A stretch of 64,000 bases of DNA from Octopus vulgaris (GCA_951406725.2 OX597816.1:117118001-117182000), one strand, 5' to 3'. Positions 29,829 to 44,015 are shown, counted from the first letter of the stretch. Numbers and translations: made by a program. The notes: a model not told the origin generated them from the sequence alone.

Positions 29829-31015
29829 CTTGCTTTGCCTGGCCTTCTTGGGTCTGGGAAACCAGCAAGCTTCCATGGGTTACTCTGTCTTTTGGCCTCT
29901 AGATCATAACAGTAGATCTATCTTTCGTCACAGGTCACCAGAGACTCAAATACACTTGAGTTGGAGGTAATGAGTTCAACCATCTCCCTGCTGTCACCGA
30001 CGCATCTTTCGTTCTGTTCGTCACTGAGCACCCTGGAAACAAACTTTGCCCAAATTTTGCACATGTTCAGCTCTTTATGCATAATTCTGTGTACAGTTGC
30101 CACACCAGCTCCAAACCACATTGCTTTATGTCTATAGAGACATATGACGGTCTTCATCGAGAAAATTGAAAAATTTTCTCAACCATCACTGATGTGCTAA
30201 CGTCCAACTCCCTCCCAGACCTCTCACCATCTCTCACCTCCACTCTACTGTCCTTGAACCTTTTGTGCCAGCGAAAAACAAGTTCTCGGCTCATACAAGT
30301 TAATCCATAAGCAGTGTGGGGCATTTCACAAGTTTCTTATTTCTTTATTGCCCACAAGGGGCTAAACATAGAGGGGACAAACAAGGACAGACAAAGGGAT
30401 TATGTCGATTACATCGACCCAGTGCGTAACTGGTACTTAATTCATCGACCCCGAAAGGATGAAAGGCAAAGTCGACCTCGGCGGAATTTGAACTCAGAAC
30501 ATAAAGACAGACGAAATACCTATTTCTTTACTACCCACAAGGGGCTAAACACAGAGAGGACAAACAAGAACATACAAACGGTTTAAGTCGATTATATCGA
30601 CACCAGTGCGTAACTGGTACTTATATAATCGACCCCGAAAGGATGAAAGGCAAAGTCGACCTCGGCGGAATTTGAACTCAGAACGTAGCAGCAGACGAAA
30701 TACCGCAAAGCATTTCACCAGGCGTGCTAACATTTCTGCCAGCTCGCCGCCATTTCACAAGTTTCTGTAGCGCTTCTGCCCAGTTAAACACAAAACTTTA
30801 ATGAATAGCGATCTTCTAATTTGTCTTCACATCCAGTCTGCATTCTACAAATAGTCAGCTACGACAGGCAGTGTTTAGTTGAGTTATGTTCAAAACGCTA
30901 GCCGTCTCCTTCAATCTAGAATTTTAAAAAAGTTGGTAGGTCAGCTTATTAATCTAGAACAGTTGTAACTGCCTCTCCTAAAAAAAGGCTCAAACTTTCT
31001 GGAATGCACCTCATA
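29829..31015 (-). mobile_element. Mariner element 5' half (TIR plus transposase N-terminus), interrupted by a SINE
   Basis: 5' end TA-tgaggtgcattccagaaagtttgagcc. Translation ATVHRIMHKELNMCKIWAKFVSRVLSDEQ..LVTCDE..PRPKKARQSK. Confidence 0.8.
30338..30750 (-). mobile_element. Dimeric Deu/Nin-domain SINE with 16-bp TSD
   Basis: TSD catttcacaagtttct at 30322-30337 and 30751-30766. Two tandem body copies with CpGs retained. Confidence 0.88.
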
Positions 31016-31062
31016 CACACACACACACATATATACACATATACACACATACATACACACAC

Positions 31063-31103
<41 letters not shown>

Positions 31104-31435
31104 CATACATACATACACACACACACACATACACACATACACACATACATACACACACACACATACATACATACATACATCCATACATACATACATACAT
31201 ACATACACACACACATACATACATATATACATACATACATGCATAGTAATAAGACAGACACTTGCGTATCAAAGTGACATGCACACATATTACATGAGAA
31301 TAGATATATCTACATATACATCCACATATATGCACACACTAACTCATTTATATATTCTCAAGTCCCAAACACTGCCTTGACTCAAACATAAGGCCAAGGA
31401 AAAAATTTAATCTCGCGCATACGTATAGATATATG

Positions 31436-31500
<65 letters not shown>

Positions 31501-32559
31501 GAGAGAGACAGAAAGAGATTAAGTACATGATTGTGCTGAGATCGCTCATCTCCAGCAATTTTCAGATTTCGAACGCATGAATTATTTCCCTTGCAATAAC
31601 TTTTCCAGGGGAGATAATCAGCGCAGATGCGTTGTCAAAAACTGCAAGTTTGTCTTCATATATTGTTTTTACACTTCTGAGTATCTCCTAGAACAGGCAA
31701 ATGATTAAAAAGAACAATATGTAGGCTTGTTGTACGTGAATAACAGCTGATATCCCCAGTTATTCCGGATGTATTCCTGTTCATCGAAAACCAGACAGAA
31801 AAAGTTATTTTTTTATATATTGTTTATTGCTTCCATATCTCAGCTGGAACTAGATTCAAAGCTTAATATGTGCTTCCGATGTATGGCTACTGTTCTTGTT
31901 ATTGTTGATGATGATGCTAATGATGATGATGATTTTTTTTTTTATCTTCTCTTACTCCTCTTCTTCAGCTCTAATCGAACAGACCTTTGATTAAATGTAT
32001 TTCAATCGTGACCATACCATCTTTTGCCGTATACAGAAAATAGAGACTGATAAGCTAGAGTAAAAAAAAATGAGGTGAGATAGTTAACTGAACCTGAGAT
32101 CTGTGGATGTTACAGATAGGATTATAAAAAAATTACATTCATGGATAGGCATGAATCCTCTGGACACGAATGGACATTAAAAAAATGGCCATAGTGATGA
32201 TGACAACGATAAAGGAGTTTAAAAGCATATGTTTCTAAATTTTGTTTTCTCAGCATGCTAAACTTTGAATCTAGTGTTTCACATAAAGGTACAATGGTAT
32301 AAATTGCCAGAAACATGTGAATAGTTTAGGATTATTTTATAAAAATTAACTTTTACTATATACTATTTAGATGGTAGAATAGTGTGGAAGATTTAGGATT
32401 CTTTCATGGAAGATTATTAATGTTCTCTTGATAATGTTTTTTGAGTGGGTATATGGTGGCTTGTATTTGTGCATTATTAGTGGGTTTTTTGGGTTTTTTT
32501 TTTTTACTTTGGTAGAGTAAAATGGGCTTAGGTGTTTTCAGTTGCCTAAAGCACCTGTA

Positions 32560-33130
32560 GCAATTTTAACTGCCATAAGGGAAAACAGTTCCATGCAACA
32601 GCTATCATTAGTGGATGATGCATCAGATGTAGGAATTGGCAGTGTTTTGCAACAATTTGTTTTAAATACATGGCAACCACTTTCTTCTTTTTTCTAAATG
32701 CCTCAAATGAACAGAACCAAAGTATAATACCTTCATTTGAGAACTTTTGGCTGCTTATTTAGCCATGAAACATTTTTGGCATTTTCTTGGGAGACGACAG
32801 TTTACAGTTGTCACCGGTCATTGCTCTGCAGTCGAAAACATAAATATTCTCCCAGAGACTTATGACATTTGGATTTCATTTCACAACACTGTTGATATTC
32901 GATATATCCAGGGCACAGATAATTCTGCAGCTGATACCTTATCTCACGTACATACTGATGCTTTACATACTCCAGATTCCATTGACTTGCAGCAAATTGC
33001 ATTGGATTAAGAACAGGATAACGAATTTTTGCATCTTCAATTACTGGACTCACTACTACTACATTTTACAGATTCGTCTATTTGGTGTGATGTTTCTACT
33101 GATTTTTCCAGACCCAATGTTCCTCATCAT
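32560..33130 (+). mobile_element. Ty3/Gypsy RNase H relic
   Basis: LVDDASDVGIGSVLQQ..WQPLS..ELLAAYLAMKHFWHFLGRRQFTVVTGH..DIRYIQGTDNSAADTLS. Confidence 0.8.
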
Positions 33131-33334
33131 GCTAAAAGTAGCATCCAAATCTCCCTCAAACTTTGCACCTTTAACCTATAAAGGTTATATATAACCTTCT
33201 TGCTATCGGTAGATATTAAAGCCTACTATCACTCGTAGTGGTCAAGAAAACTCATACAGAGCATAACACCTGTGGATGTATTCGATGCCCAAGAAACTGT
33301 AAGTTATGTAGAATTGAGTCAAACTGTTATTAAA

Positions 33335-34707
33335 TATGAGGGTGAGCTGAAAGGTTCGTAGGCTGACTATGAAGGTATAATGCTAGAACTGTGAAATATT
33401 GCATGCATTAATTTCAACTCTTCTTATTGATAACTGAATTGTTTCTTTCCAGGTAAACTGACATCTGACTGCTCAAAGAAGACTTCAAAAGTAACTAGTA
33501 CTGACTTCTCTTGAAAGTGAACAAAATTTGGCACCGCAGGGTTATCAACTACCTTCAAAGAAAGGCTTTAGCCCCCAAGGACATTCATGCTAACATGGTT
33601 GCTACATAAGAGGATGATGCTCCAGTTTTATCAACAGGGTAAAAGTAGTTGAATTTAGGAGGGAAATTGAGTCTTGAAGATGACCCAAGGTCTGAATGTC
33701 CTGTAACTGCCACCACCGAAGAAAACATTATGTTCACTATATGGATGACAGGCAAGTGACTATAAATCAAAGAGCCAATCATCATCATCATCATCGTTTA
33801 ACGTCCACTTTCCATGCTAGCATGGGTTGGACGATTTTGACTAAAGGCTGGCGAACCAGATGGCTGCACCAGGCTCCAATCTTGATTTGGCAGAGTTTCT
33901 ACAGCTGGATGACCTTCCTAATGCCATGTTATTAGTATATCTCATCAGAAAGTTGAGAATATTCAATACACTAAACTTGGTATGTTGATCTCTGTTCTAT
34001 GGCTGCAGCATCTGACACCTGATCAAAAGCACACCGGGCTGATCACATCACAGGAAAATCTGACACTGTTTCAAGCAGATCCAGTTGGTTTCATCAATTT
34101 GAACCAGAGACAAAACGACAATCCATGAAGTGAAAACATCCTTCCTCGCCTGCTCCAAAGAAGATCAAAGCAATTTCATCTGCAGAGAAGGTGATGGCCT
34201 GTTTCTTGGATGCAAAAGGCATTGTATTTATTAATCTTCAAAAGGGTCACACCATCAATGGAGAGTGGTATGCCAACTTGCAGAGGCAGTTACAAAAGGC
34301 TATCAAGACCAAACACTCAGGAAAATTAATGAAAGGGATCTTGTTTCATCACGACAATGCCCCAGCACACAAGTCTTTGATTTAAATGGCAGCTGTGCAT
34401 GACTGTGGCTTTGAGCTCCCTATTCTCCTGATTTGGCCCCATCTGACTATTATCTGTTCCCCAACATGCAAAATCTCTTGGCTGAGAACCAGCATTGCAG
34501 TAATGATGATGTCATATCTGCTGTTGTTGAGTATTTTTTAACAAACAGGATGAAAGCTTCTTCACTAATGGGATCCAAGTACTGCAACATCAATGGAAGA
34601 AGTGTATGGACCACAAGGGGGGACTATGTTGTAAAATAAACCTCATTCAGTCACATTCCATGAGTTATGTCTTAGAGAGCTGATGAGCTTTACAGTCAAC
34701 CCTTGTA
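33335..34707 (+). mobile_element. Decayed near full-length mariner (D,D34D) with nested SINE
   Basis: TIR-like ends TA-tgagggtgagctgaaaggttcgtaggct / agctgatgagctttacagtcaacccttg-TA. Translation includes LEDDPRS, KVMACFLDAKGIV..LFHHDNAPAH and YSPDLAPSDYYLFPNM. Confidence 0.88.
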
Positions 34708-35179
34708 TTTGTAACTCCAACCAAAATGTGTTGAATGCTACTTTTTCTAGTTTGTTCAGTTGTGTGTAGACACACAATCAGCGTTTTTTATATCCATGAA
34801 TATCTATGTGTACACACAACATAGAAACACAGTGTTATAAATGATCATCAATCATCATTTTTACATGTACTACTTTCATCTGGCATGGACAAAATGTCTT
34901 GAAGCACCATTCTATACTGCTGGGAATCCTGAACAATATGGGCCATGTTATGCTGCATCACTTAATCTTTCAAAGTTTCAGGGCTGATGTCACCATTGAG
35001 TTGTTGGACACAATGTTGAAATCCTGGATCAAAAGGAGTGACCTAGAGAAGAACAAATGCATTCCAGCAGCACTATGTTCCTTCTCACGTGGCACTCAGA
35101 ATCCATAAGAGGCTTACAAAGAATTTTCATGAACAAGTAGCTTCCAAAATATATCCTCTTGGCTCTTGATTTGAATCCA

Positions 35180-35770
35180 CTCAACATCTGTATCTGAAGA
35201 GGGAGACCACCTACTGGCAATCTCACAATGCTAAAAGTTTCTTGACAGTTAACATCATAAATATGATGGATAACAAGGATGAGAATGAAAATCTCCAAGG
35301 ATTCTCGCTTTGAGTAAAGTGAAGGTTGTATGATGCCTTTGTATGAAATATAATGTTGCATGATGATGGTGGTGAAACATTGAAATTGAATGTGAAGTAT
35401 GTACAAAGGCAGGAAAGAAATGAGATGAGCATGCTCAGCTGGATGTGTAATGTTCATATGCATGAAAAATGAAACATAAATGAGCTGAGAGAAAAAAACT
35501 GAGTCTAAGAAGAATCAAATGCAGTGCGTAAGAATGATGACTAAGCTCATATGGACATATGATGCACAGAGAAAATTATTGTTGGGTAAAGAAATGCTAA
35601 GGAACACAAACTGATAGGAACCTGTAAAAAAAAGAGGAATACCATGTAAGACATGAGATGTGGCAAAAGGTGAGCTTAGTGGGCTGAAATTCATGAATGA
35701 TATAACAAGGACCCCAACAAGTAAAAAGAACTATGATGAAGACACATCTAACACATACAAGCAAGGAAAG
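35180..35770 (+). mobile_element. RTE-type LINE 3' end relic
   Basis: Heavily decayed RLYDAFV..MLH..ERNEMSMLSWMCNV..ELREK..YGHMM. Confidence 0.55.
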
Positions 35771-36199
35771 TCTGACCTAAAATGTTCATTTGGATAATGA
35801 TAATGCCATAGTTGAATGAGATGATGAGTAATCCTTAAGCCAAAATGCTGGCATATCATATCCAATTCATCAGCATTGTCCTGTATCTATAAGCAACATA
35901 CTCAGTAGTCAGATTCAGTCCATTCAATCTTATGTAGGCACTATATCTAGGAACAACTCCAAAACAAATGACAAAGGTCTTAGCTTCCAATATTCAGATG
36001 AGGTAAGAAGAAGCTACTCCACACAATGATCCTAACAACTGCATATTAGTTTTCTGTTATCAGTTGTATATAATTACAAGTGTGCATGTTTATATAATCT
36101 AAAACTCATTTGACAATTTTAAAAAGGTGTGTCAAGAAGGGAGTAATTGGTCTTAAGTTTTGTCTAAATTTGTTTAAAAACTAAATTCTTTAATCCTAC

Positions 36200-37020
36200 T
36201 TGGATTGAGAGACAGACATAGAAAGTCTGGAAGGAAAGTAGAAAGCATTATCAAGTAGCTTGAAGGAAATCTAGGCATCAAGTATACCTGGTTAGGGTAG
36301 AACTAGAAAAGAAGTTTAAGCATGTTCTGCTATATTAAGGTTGTAGGCATGTTCAGGATTGCAAAACAGTGCATCAAATCAAAAGGAACCAAGAAGTGTA
36401 TCTGAAATTATGAAAGTACATTTGTTATTGCTGCTGATGACAAGAGACATGGAAGTGTTATTAAAGGAGATCACTAAACAAGAAGAATGCATGGGATAGA
36501 TGAATTAAGCACATGAAGGAATGGAAAGCTGATGAGCCATCAGGGATAGTCACTGAAATTTTCGAAATAAATGGTGAATCAACAAATAATTAATTAGGTA
36601 ATACAGAAAGGTGTCATATCTAATGACTATGTGTAGGAGTATCACTATAAATTGCCCAGGAAATACATAAGAGAGATGAAATTAGAGTGGCATCAAATTG
36701 TTATGAACGCTAGAGTTTATAGTAGAATTGATCAGAAAGTTAAGCTAAACGATATGCAGTTCAGCTTTATGTCTTCAAGAGATACCACAGATGTAATCTT
36801 CCTAGTGAGCCAACTGAAAGAGGAACACTTACCTAAGATAAACTACTAAACCTGGCATTCATGGACTTGGAGAAAGCCCTTGACAGGGTACCACGCTCAG
36901 TAATCCGGTGGTCACTAAGAAAACAAGATGCAGATGAGTGGCTTGTGAAGGCTGTACAAGCTATGTACATGGATGCAGTAAGTAAAGTGACAGTCAACAA
37001 TTAGTTCAACCATGAATTTA
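36200..37020 (+). mobile_element. RTE-type LINE reverse transcriptase relic
   Basis: MQFSFMSSRDTTDVIFLVSQLKE..LAFMDLEKALDRVPRSVIRWSLRK..EWLVKAVQAMY (the QFGF and FxDLEKAFD motifs). Confidence 0.75.
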
Positions 37021-40000
37021 TGTGTGTGGAGTGAATGTGTAAAGTGTTATTGTATAAAATATCAGAGTTACGCACTGTCAGTTTCGCCACTGGGTATATA
37101 TCCAGTATTTCGTTACATGGAACCTCATAGATATTTTGTGTTGTGTTAGAGATATACATTTGTCTACCTTAGAATTGTGTTGGTTGTTTTCATCTCGTAA
37201 AAAGAAGTTTTTACTTTCTAAAGGGACAGGGATTATGTGCAATACGGAATTGTCTCCCATGACATTGGTAATTTTCAATTTTACCATGTAAGGGAGGCAA
37301 TCACGAGTTTATATAAAAACATTGCACCTTACATACGCGTATGCGCACATATACACACGGCAACAATACTTGTGTACACGCACAACTTTATGAGCATAGC
37401 TCATGGTCACATTGTGTCTTATAATGCTGTTTAAGTATACTGTATATATGCACAAATTATATCTACATAATAAATATATCCTAGCACACAAACATACACA
37501 TGGATGCGCGCGTTACGATTATGTACATACATGCACGGACAAACACGCATGAAAATTGATGAATCTACAATGCAAGTTTATATTTTTACAAAACTCAGTG
37601 CTTTCCTTCCTTTGTGATCCCATATTGTATTCATTTTAGCAAAACAAGCAGTCTATGGAAAAACCTAAATTGTAAGTCATTTACTTGATTACTGGATGTT
37701 CTTTGTCATTTGGGTGATTTAAGAAATAATACAAAAGTATGCATGATTGCTTTAAAAAGTGGCAATACGAAAGAAAAATAATTCATAACATACATAATTT
37801 TTCTTTTAGAACAGTTGATACCAAAGCCTTCAACTTTTTCTATCCCAAAGAGTTTGTAAACTCACTATTTACAAGATTTTATTTGTAACTTTGTGCTTCA
37901 GAATCTGCTGTTCCAAAAGAGAAGTATTTCACATTCTCTCAAAAGTTTTAAATTCTTATGATGCAAACAAGTATGTGTGTGTGTTATACAGAATAATTGA
38001 AAATAATAGTATAAAAAGAAAACACACCTGTGAGTGTTGTAATGTATATATGGCAAAAATACAGATGTAACAAAAGGTTAACTTCGGCAACATTGAAAAT
38101 CTCATCTATTCCAAATTGAACATCAACAACTGTCAGCCGAAATGTGAAGAGATAACCTTTCATGTTATATCTATATTTCAGAAATATATTGATCACAACA
38201 CTTGCATGTATGTTTTGTTTTTGCACCATTCATTTTGAATTTCCCTGTACATACATGTGTACGTGTGTGTGTAACAAAAATGAGCTAAGAGAAATAGTTT
38301 GGAGTGGCGAAAGATATGTATATGACAAAGACAATCAAATAGATCTGTTGAATTATCATACAACATAAATTCTTGGTTTATTAAAATTATCTCTAGAGGA
38401 TGTGTCACAATTATAAATGGCAATTGAAAACAGCTCTATACAAGTAAAGGAGATAATCTCAAAAACCAAAGCTTTTCCAAACTTGACATGCCAATAAGGG
38501 AAGAATGGACAGGCTTATTGTCTGGAGAAAAAATGCATGCATGCATCCATACATATAAGTGCAAGCATAGCCATGTAATTAAAATATTTACTCTGGATCT
38601 TCAGTCTTAGGTTCAGTCCTACAGTGCAGCCCCTTATGTAAGTGTCATTACTATAGACATACAGAGATATTCCTCCAACAGTACTACTTAGCAAAGGAGA
38701 TTCTCACACCACACCTTAGCCCACTTCCATGACACAAACAATGTAGAAGCAAAAATCCTCAAAGCCTTTACAAATGCTAGGCTTTACAATAGCTGATGAT
38801 CTCTCATAGCATCTTCACATTATTTCCTTTGTTTCGGGTCTTGGACTGTGACTTTCTTACAGTGCCACCAGGTCTGGTCAATGATATCACCCACAGTAAT
38901 TATTTTATTGATCTCTATTTGTGGAACCACTATGTCAGGAACATAAAGGAACACAAATATAATCAACACTGGATCCTAGACCATAAAAATAAACACACAA
39001 TATATATAGGCTGTTGCACTCACAATCATTAGATCACGGGTTTGATTCCCTGACTGGGCAGTACATTTCACATTGTTCTAGTCCCCCTTTCAATCAGTAG
39101 GAAATGTTAGCTTGCTCGCCTAGCCAGCAGAGTGGCATCATTTGAAGGCTAAAACAATGCAAAACACATAGTGACCAATGATGTGTAACATCTGACAGCC
39201 TGGTCAGTCACATGATCACGTGATATAATACACACACACACACACACACACACAAGGCAGTTTTTGTCTACCAAATTCCATTCACAAGTGTAAACTCAAC
39301 CAGAGGCTGTAGCAGAAAACACTTGAAACATAATGTGGAGTAGGACTGAACCTAGTACTTCCTGGTTACAAAATGAACTTCTGAGTTATGCAGCCACTGA
39401 AAATATAAGTCACTAAAAACCAAAGATCAAGCTTCTGCTTCAACAGCCACAAATATGCTTCAGCTTTGATCAGTTGCTAGCTATCAACAAACTTTAAATG
39501 TGACCTGTTTAGAGTACTTTTCAGATATCTATATTTGTACAGCTATGAATTGTGAAGACTATGTGCATAAATAAAACAAAAAAATACAACTAGCTAATCC
39601 ACTTGCATTTGCTAACATGCTAAACCCACCAGCACATAAATGCATTTCACTTTCTATCTTTAATACTGCTACTGTTTATCTTAATAGCTCCTGTTTATCT
39701 GTGTATGAAGGAGTGTAAGCTGAGAATTATATCAACCTGTCCCTCTCTTTTTCATTGAGAAGTGTTTACACATTTAACATGTTAAACATGTCCATTTTCA
39801 GTGAACCTGTAATGTAAGTGTTGAATGATAGATTAGGGACAGATAATTCAGTCATGAAGACAGATTTTGTAATGTTTTCAAAAGAGTCATTAATAAGCAT
39901 CAAATGAAATAGAAGACAAAATAAAAAAGGCTGATAGACTCTGACCCACTAATAGGATTCAATTGCTTGCAACAGGCAACCATGTTACCAAATGGACTCA

Positions 40001-40135
40001 GAATGTCTGTTATTGAATTTCTTCAAATTACAACCTATAATTTGCTTCTGCTATATTAACCATATTATTTTATTTCCATAAGATAACACTCTGTAACACA
40101 ATTTTTACTTTTATTTTTGTCTTTAGTCAGTAAAG

Positions 40136-40542
40136 TGTTATTTCCTATTTGCTTCAATCTAAAAATCAAAGAAAATGATTATTATTCCCTTCAAACTTTG
40201 CTTTTGTAATCTAGACATCAATGTTTTGAAACTGACCTATTTTCCATTACATTTTAGACAGACTCAGTGCTGAGTTACTGAAGCAGAAAATTGTTATGGC
40301 AAATATTCTGCTCAATACCACCAATTTGCTTGTCAGTTGCTTCATCTTAACCACTTGAGCATGTCCCTTAGTGGCTGACAATATGTGTACTCTGATCATG
40401 AGCAGGAATAGTTGGGGAGCATCATAGCCATGTGCTGAAAGGGATTCTTTAAGGTTTGAATAAATATTGTAACAAAAGCAATGTCTGAAGGAAATATTAA
40501 CCATTTTCATACTTTCTGGGGGTAAGCAAATAGGAAATAACA
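40136..40542. mobile_element. Probable MITE with 19-bp inverted termini
   Basis: tgttatttcctatttgctt (40136-40154) is the exact reverse complement of aagcaaataggaaataaca (40524-40542). Confidence 0.55.
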
Positions 40543-41267
40543 GTTGCTATTCAAGGACTAAAATTGTGTTACACAGTGCAATAGGTCAATCATTTTAATT
40601 ATAATAATGAAATTATTGTATACAGTGCTCAGGTGCACCATAGCGAGCAGTAAGTAAACTGGGAAGCAAGCAATTAGCGGCGGTGGCGTTCAGAGCGAGC
40701 AAAGAGCTAGCCGGCTGCCGCTGCAGTGGCAGCTACCGCTGGCGGTCGGCAGTGCGATCGAAAGCCGTCATCTCGGCGACAGCGATATCGACCGCGAGTG
40801 TATGTGTCTGTGTGTTACAGAAAGGCTATTCTATTATTGTTCAAATTAGTGTGGTGTAATCTGTTAAAATCTTAATAGTTAGTTCAGAAACGTTCATGGT
40901 TGAGCAACTTCACTTTTGTTAATTTGCTGTTTTCTAAAAAAGATTTATTTTTAATTTTGAATAAAAGAAGAAATATATGTTGAACCCTAAATCATTTTAT
41001 GCTTTGCTTTTTTTATGTATTAGTTATGTTTAGATTATTTATTTCAAATTGTGATAGCAATAATGAATTCATTTTACTAGATACATTGCTAATTTTGGTT
41101 ACAAGAGTATAGATTGCTACTGATACTTAGTTTCTCAACCTCAGAGGAACGACATGGAAGTTGACCTCAGTGAGAACAGTGATAGACCAAATTATATATA
41201 TAGTAACCAATTGGTAATTTTACAGTTTTGGGCATTTCCATCATGTTTCATGGCAATAACACTGAGA

Positions 41268-41307
<40 letters not shown>

Positions 41308-43151
41308 GGATGATGATGATGATGATGATGACGATGATGATGATGATGATGTGAAAGAGAAAAAAAGCTGGAATAGTATATTTAGAAATCTGCATATGTT
41401 ATATAACAGCTGATTCTGACACAAATCTTTTGGTAAATATTAATAAAATGACTGTTCAAAAAGCTAGGGATTATATTCCCAAAACTTTAATGGTTTACAC
41501 TGAAAATAATGTCTTGACTTACACAGATTTACTGAATAAGGAAGAATCAACATATTTCTAGAGAACTGTTTGGCAATTTTGAATAGATGGTCGTTTTTAA
41601 GGCATTCCTGGACATTGTAGAGTTTAGTCTAATTACTCAACTAGTAAAACACAATCACCACGGATAGAGGAATATTACCAAAAAAAGATTAAAGTGAAAG
41701 ATGAAGAGGGTGAGAGTGTGCATCATTCAGATGGATGGGACTGGCTTAAAGACAACATGTGTCTTTTCTATGATCAGACACAGTAGTTGAAGCTAAAGAA
41801 ACAACAAGCTGCAAACACAAAAATAATATATCTAGTTAGATCTAATTGTAAACTCCTGTTTAGATGGCATCATCTTAAAAGGAGGTGTATACAGATAATA
41901 AACAAATCTTAATAGCTTTACACATTAGGGACCTAATTAAATAATTAGAGTCTAACAAGGCAAAATATAATAAGCACTGCACTTTGGCTAGTGTTCTGTA
42001 ATGGCAAATGCAACAGTAACAGCAAATATAAGTTGTTTCATACAAATATGTGCAAGCACTTAGAAGTCATATTGTTTTTGCAGAGGGAAAGGGATATTTC
42101 TTCCTTTCTTTTTTTTTTATTATTTTATCAGTCTTTCATTTCATTGAATGCAAGCATTGAATAGTCTTTTATAGTATATTCATATTTATGGTAAATTGAA
42201 TAGATCAAACTTAATCTAATAATAATAATAATAATAATATTAATGATTATGATGATTTCTTACATTGGCACAAGGCTACGAATTTGTAGGAGATGGGTAG
42301 AATAGAATTCATCAACCCCAGTATATGACTGGTACTTATTTTATTGGCCCATCCCTAGAGCAAGAGGAAAGTTATGAAACCCAGGCAGGATGTGAATATA
42401 GAAAAACCAAAACTAAACACTGTAACTAGACTTACTTTGACAGTAAAAAAAAAAATGGGAAATTGTAGTGTTTATGTTTTCCTTGTTCATTAGTGAAGTG
42501 TAATGGTGAAAACAAGGAAGTGCAACAGTCACAGACTCGTTTACTAACAAATTACAGCCACACAACAATGCCTGTCACAAAATAATTATAGTATTATTGT
42601 TACTATTACTACTATAAATATTGTTACTATTACCATTAGCTTCATTACTTGCTAGTAATGATGGCGGTAATAATAGTAAAAACAATCATTTCTAGCAATG
42701 ACATAAGGCCAAATATTCGGGGATCATTAAAGTCAACTGAACTGACCACACAGCAAGCAGATCGACCAAATGGCATATAATGAAACATAATAGTGTTATT
42801 GTTTATCCCCAGGTCAGTCCTGATAAAGCAGACTTAGGATCAAAGGTGTTCCAACCATGACCATCCACGTCTTGTATTCAATTGTAATGTTTCTATGATT
42901 ACATTAAACAATGCACCTCCCACTTTTAAGACAACAGGGTGTGATTTGAGGGAGATCTGGTTGGTGTTTCTAGCAGGTCAAGTAACCACCCAAAGACTCC
43001 TTTGTTGGATTGTAAAACGCTAAAGTGATTCCAACAACTAGTATCAATAAAAACAAGAAAACAAAGAACAAAAAAAGGAATCTTTGCCATCAGAATGAAT
43101 AGATATGTTCCTATAGAATATAGATAAACGTAAAATACTATATGTAAATAT

Positions 43152-44015
43152 TTACTGTCGCAATGGAGAGAAATTTAATGAAATGGGCACATTTTGATTG
43201 ACGTTGTTAGTGGTATTAAGACATGGCTGGTAGCACTGTATTTCTCTTTCAATGTTCCCAACAGGTGGAAGGGGTGACATGGAGCGAATGGTATTGTTGC
43301 CTTGAGAATAGTACAACTTGTAGTTATTGACGGATGATGAAGGAAGCTCACTTGTCAATGCTTCTGATGTAGCACGACGGTGAGCAGATGTCACAAAACT
43401 GGCTTCCTGGGAAGCAAGGCTGGTGACATGAGGGAAAGTTTGCATTTGGTCATGAATATCTGTATACTGTGGGTGTTGCTGCTGTTGCCGTTGCTGTTGT
43501 CGATGTTGCCGCTGCTGTTGTTGGTGATGATGCTGGTGAATCATACTAGATTGATGCTGGCTTCCTCCACTCTGTTCATGATGAGGGGTTGTTGAAGGAG
43601 AGCCGTGGTTGTCAGACAGAGAAATAACTGGACTGTTGTTGTTACTAGCATTGTTATGATTACTCATGTGTGATGAAATGTCCTCACTGGAAGGAGTGAA
43701 ACCACTGTAAGAGGACTCATTGTATGGTGAATGGCCTGAACTGCCACTGGTTTCCAAATCAATAACTATAGGTTGTCTACTACTATCTTTAACTTGTTTT
43801 AATATTCTGCCTGAACCCTTACATTCAGACATGACTTTGTAGAGAATTCCATCAGAGCTGCCTTTTCGTTGGTCGCTGTTTCCGACCTGATGAATGGGCA
43901 CCATAATGGGTGATCTGTATAGGCCGCTAACTGGTTTTGTTTTACGCTTGTGAGACTTATTAGCAGTTTCTGATGTATCATTGATGGGGAGTAGAGGTTT
44001 GATATGAACATGCAT
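43152..44015 (-). CDS. C2H2 zinc-finger gene, last coding exon; last His of finger 4 plus S/N/Q/H-rich C-terminal region
   Basis: Acceptor atttctttttcAG|ATG CAT completes H-T-L-K-M-H. The 287-codon non-repetitive frame contains a poly-Q/H tract and ends at TAA 43154-43152. Spliced CDS is 544+185+864 nt = 530 aa plus stop. Confidence 0.88.
   Translation of the reverse strand: MHVHIKPLLPINDTSETANKSHKRKTKPVSGLYRSPIMVPIHQVGNSDQRKGSSDGILYKVMSECKGSGRILKQVKDSSRQPIVIDLETSGSSGHSPYNESSYSGFTPSSEDISSHMSNHNNASNNNSPVISLSDNHGSPSTTPHHEQSGGSQHQSSMIHQHHHQQQQRQHRQQQRQQQQHPQYTDIHDQMQTFPHVTSLASQEASFVTSAHRRATSEALTSELPSSSVNNYKLYYSQGNNTIRSMSPLPPVGNIEREIQCYQPCLNTTNNVNQNVPISLNFSPLRQ

Noticed and set aside
41154-41413. 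Poly-Asp, poly-Met and poly-Ile ORFs
   Set aside because: Translations of a (GAT)n microsatellite.
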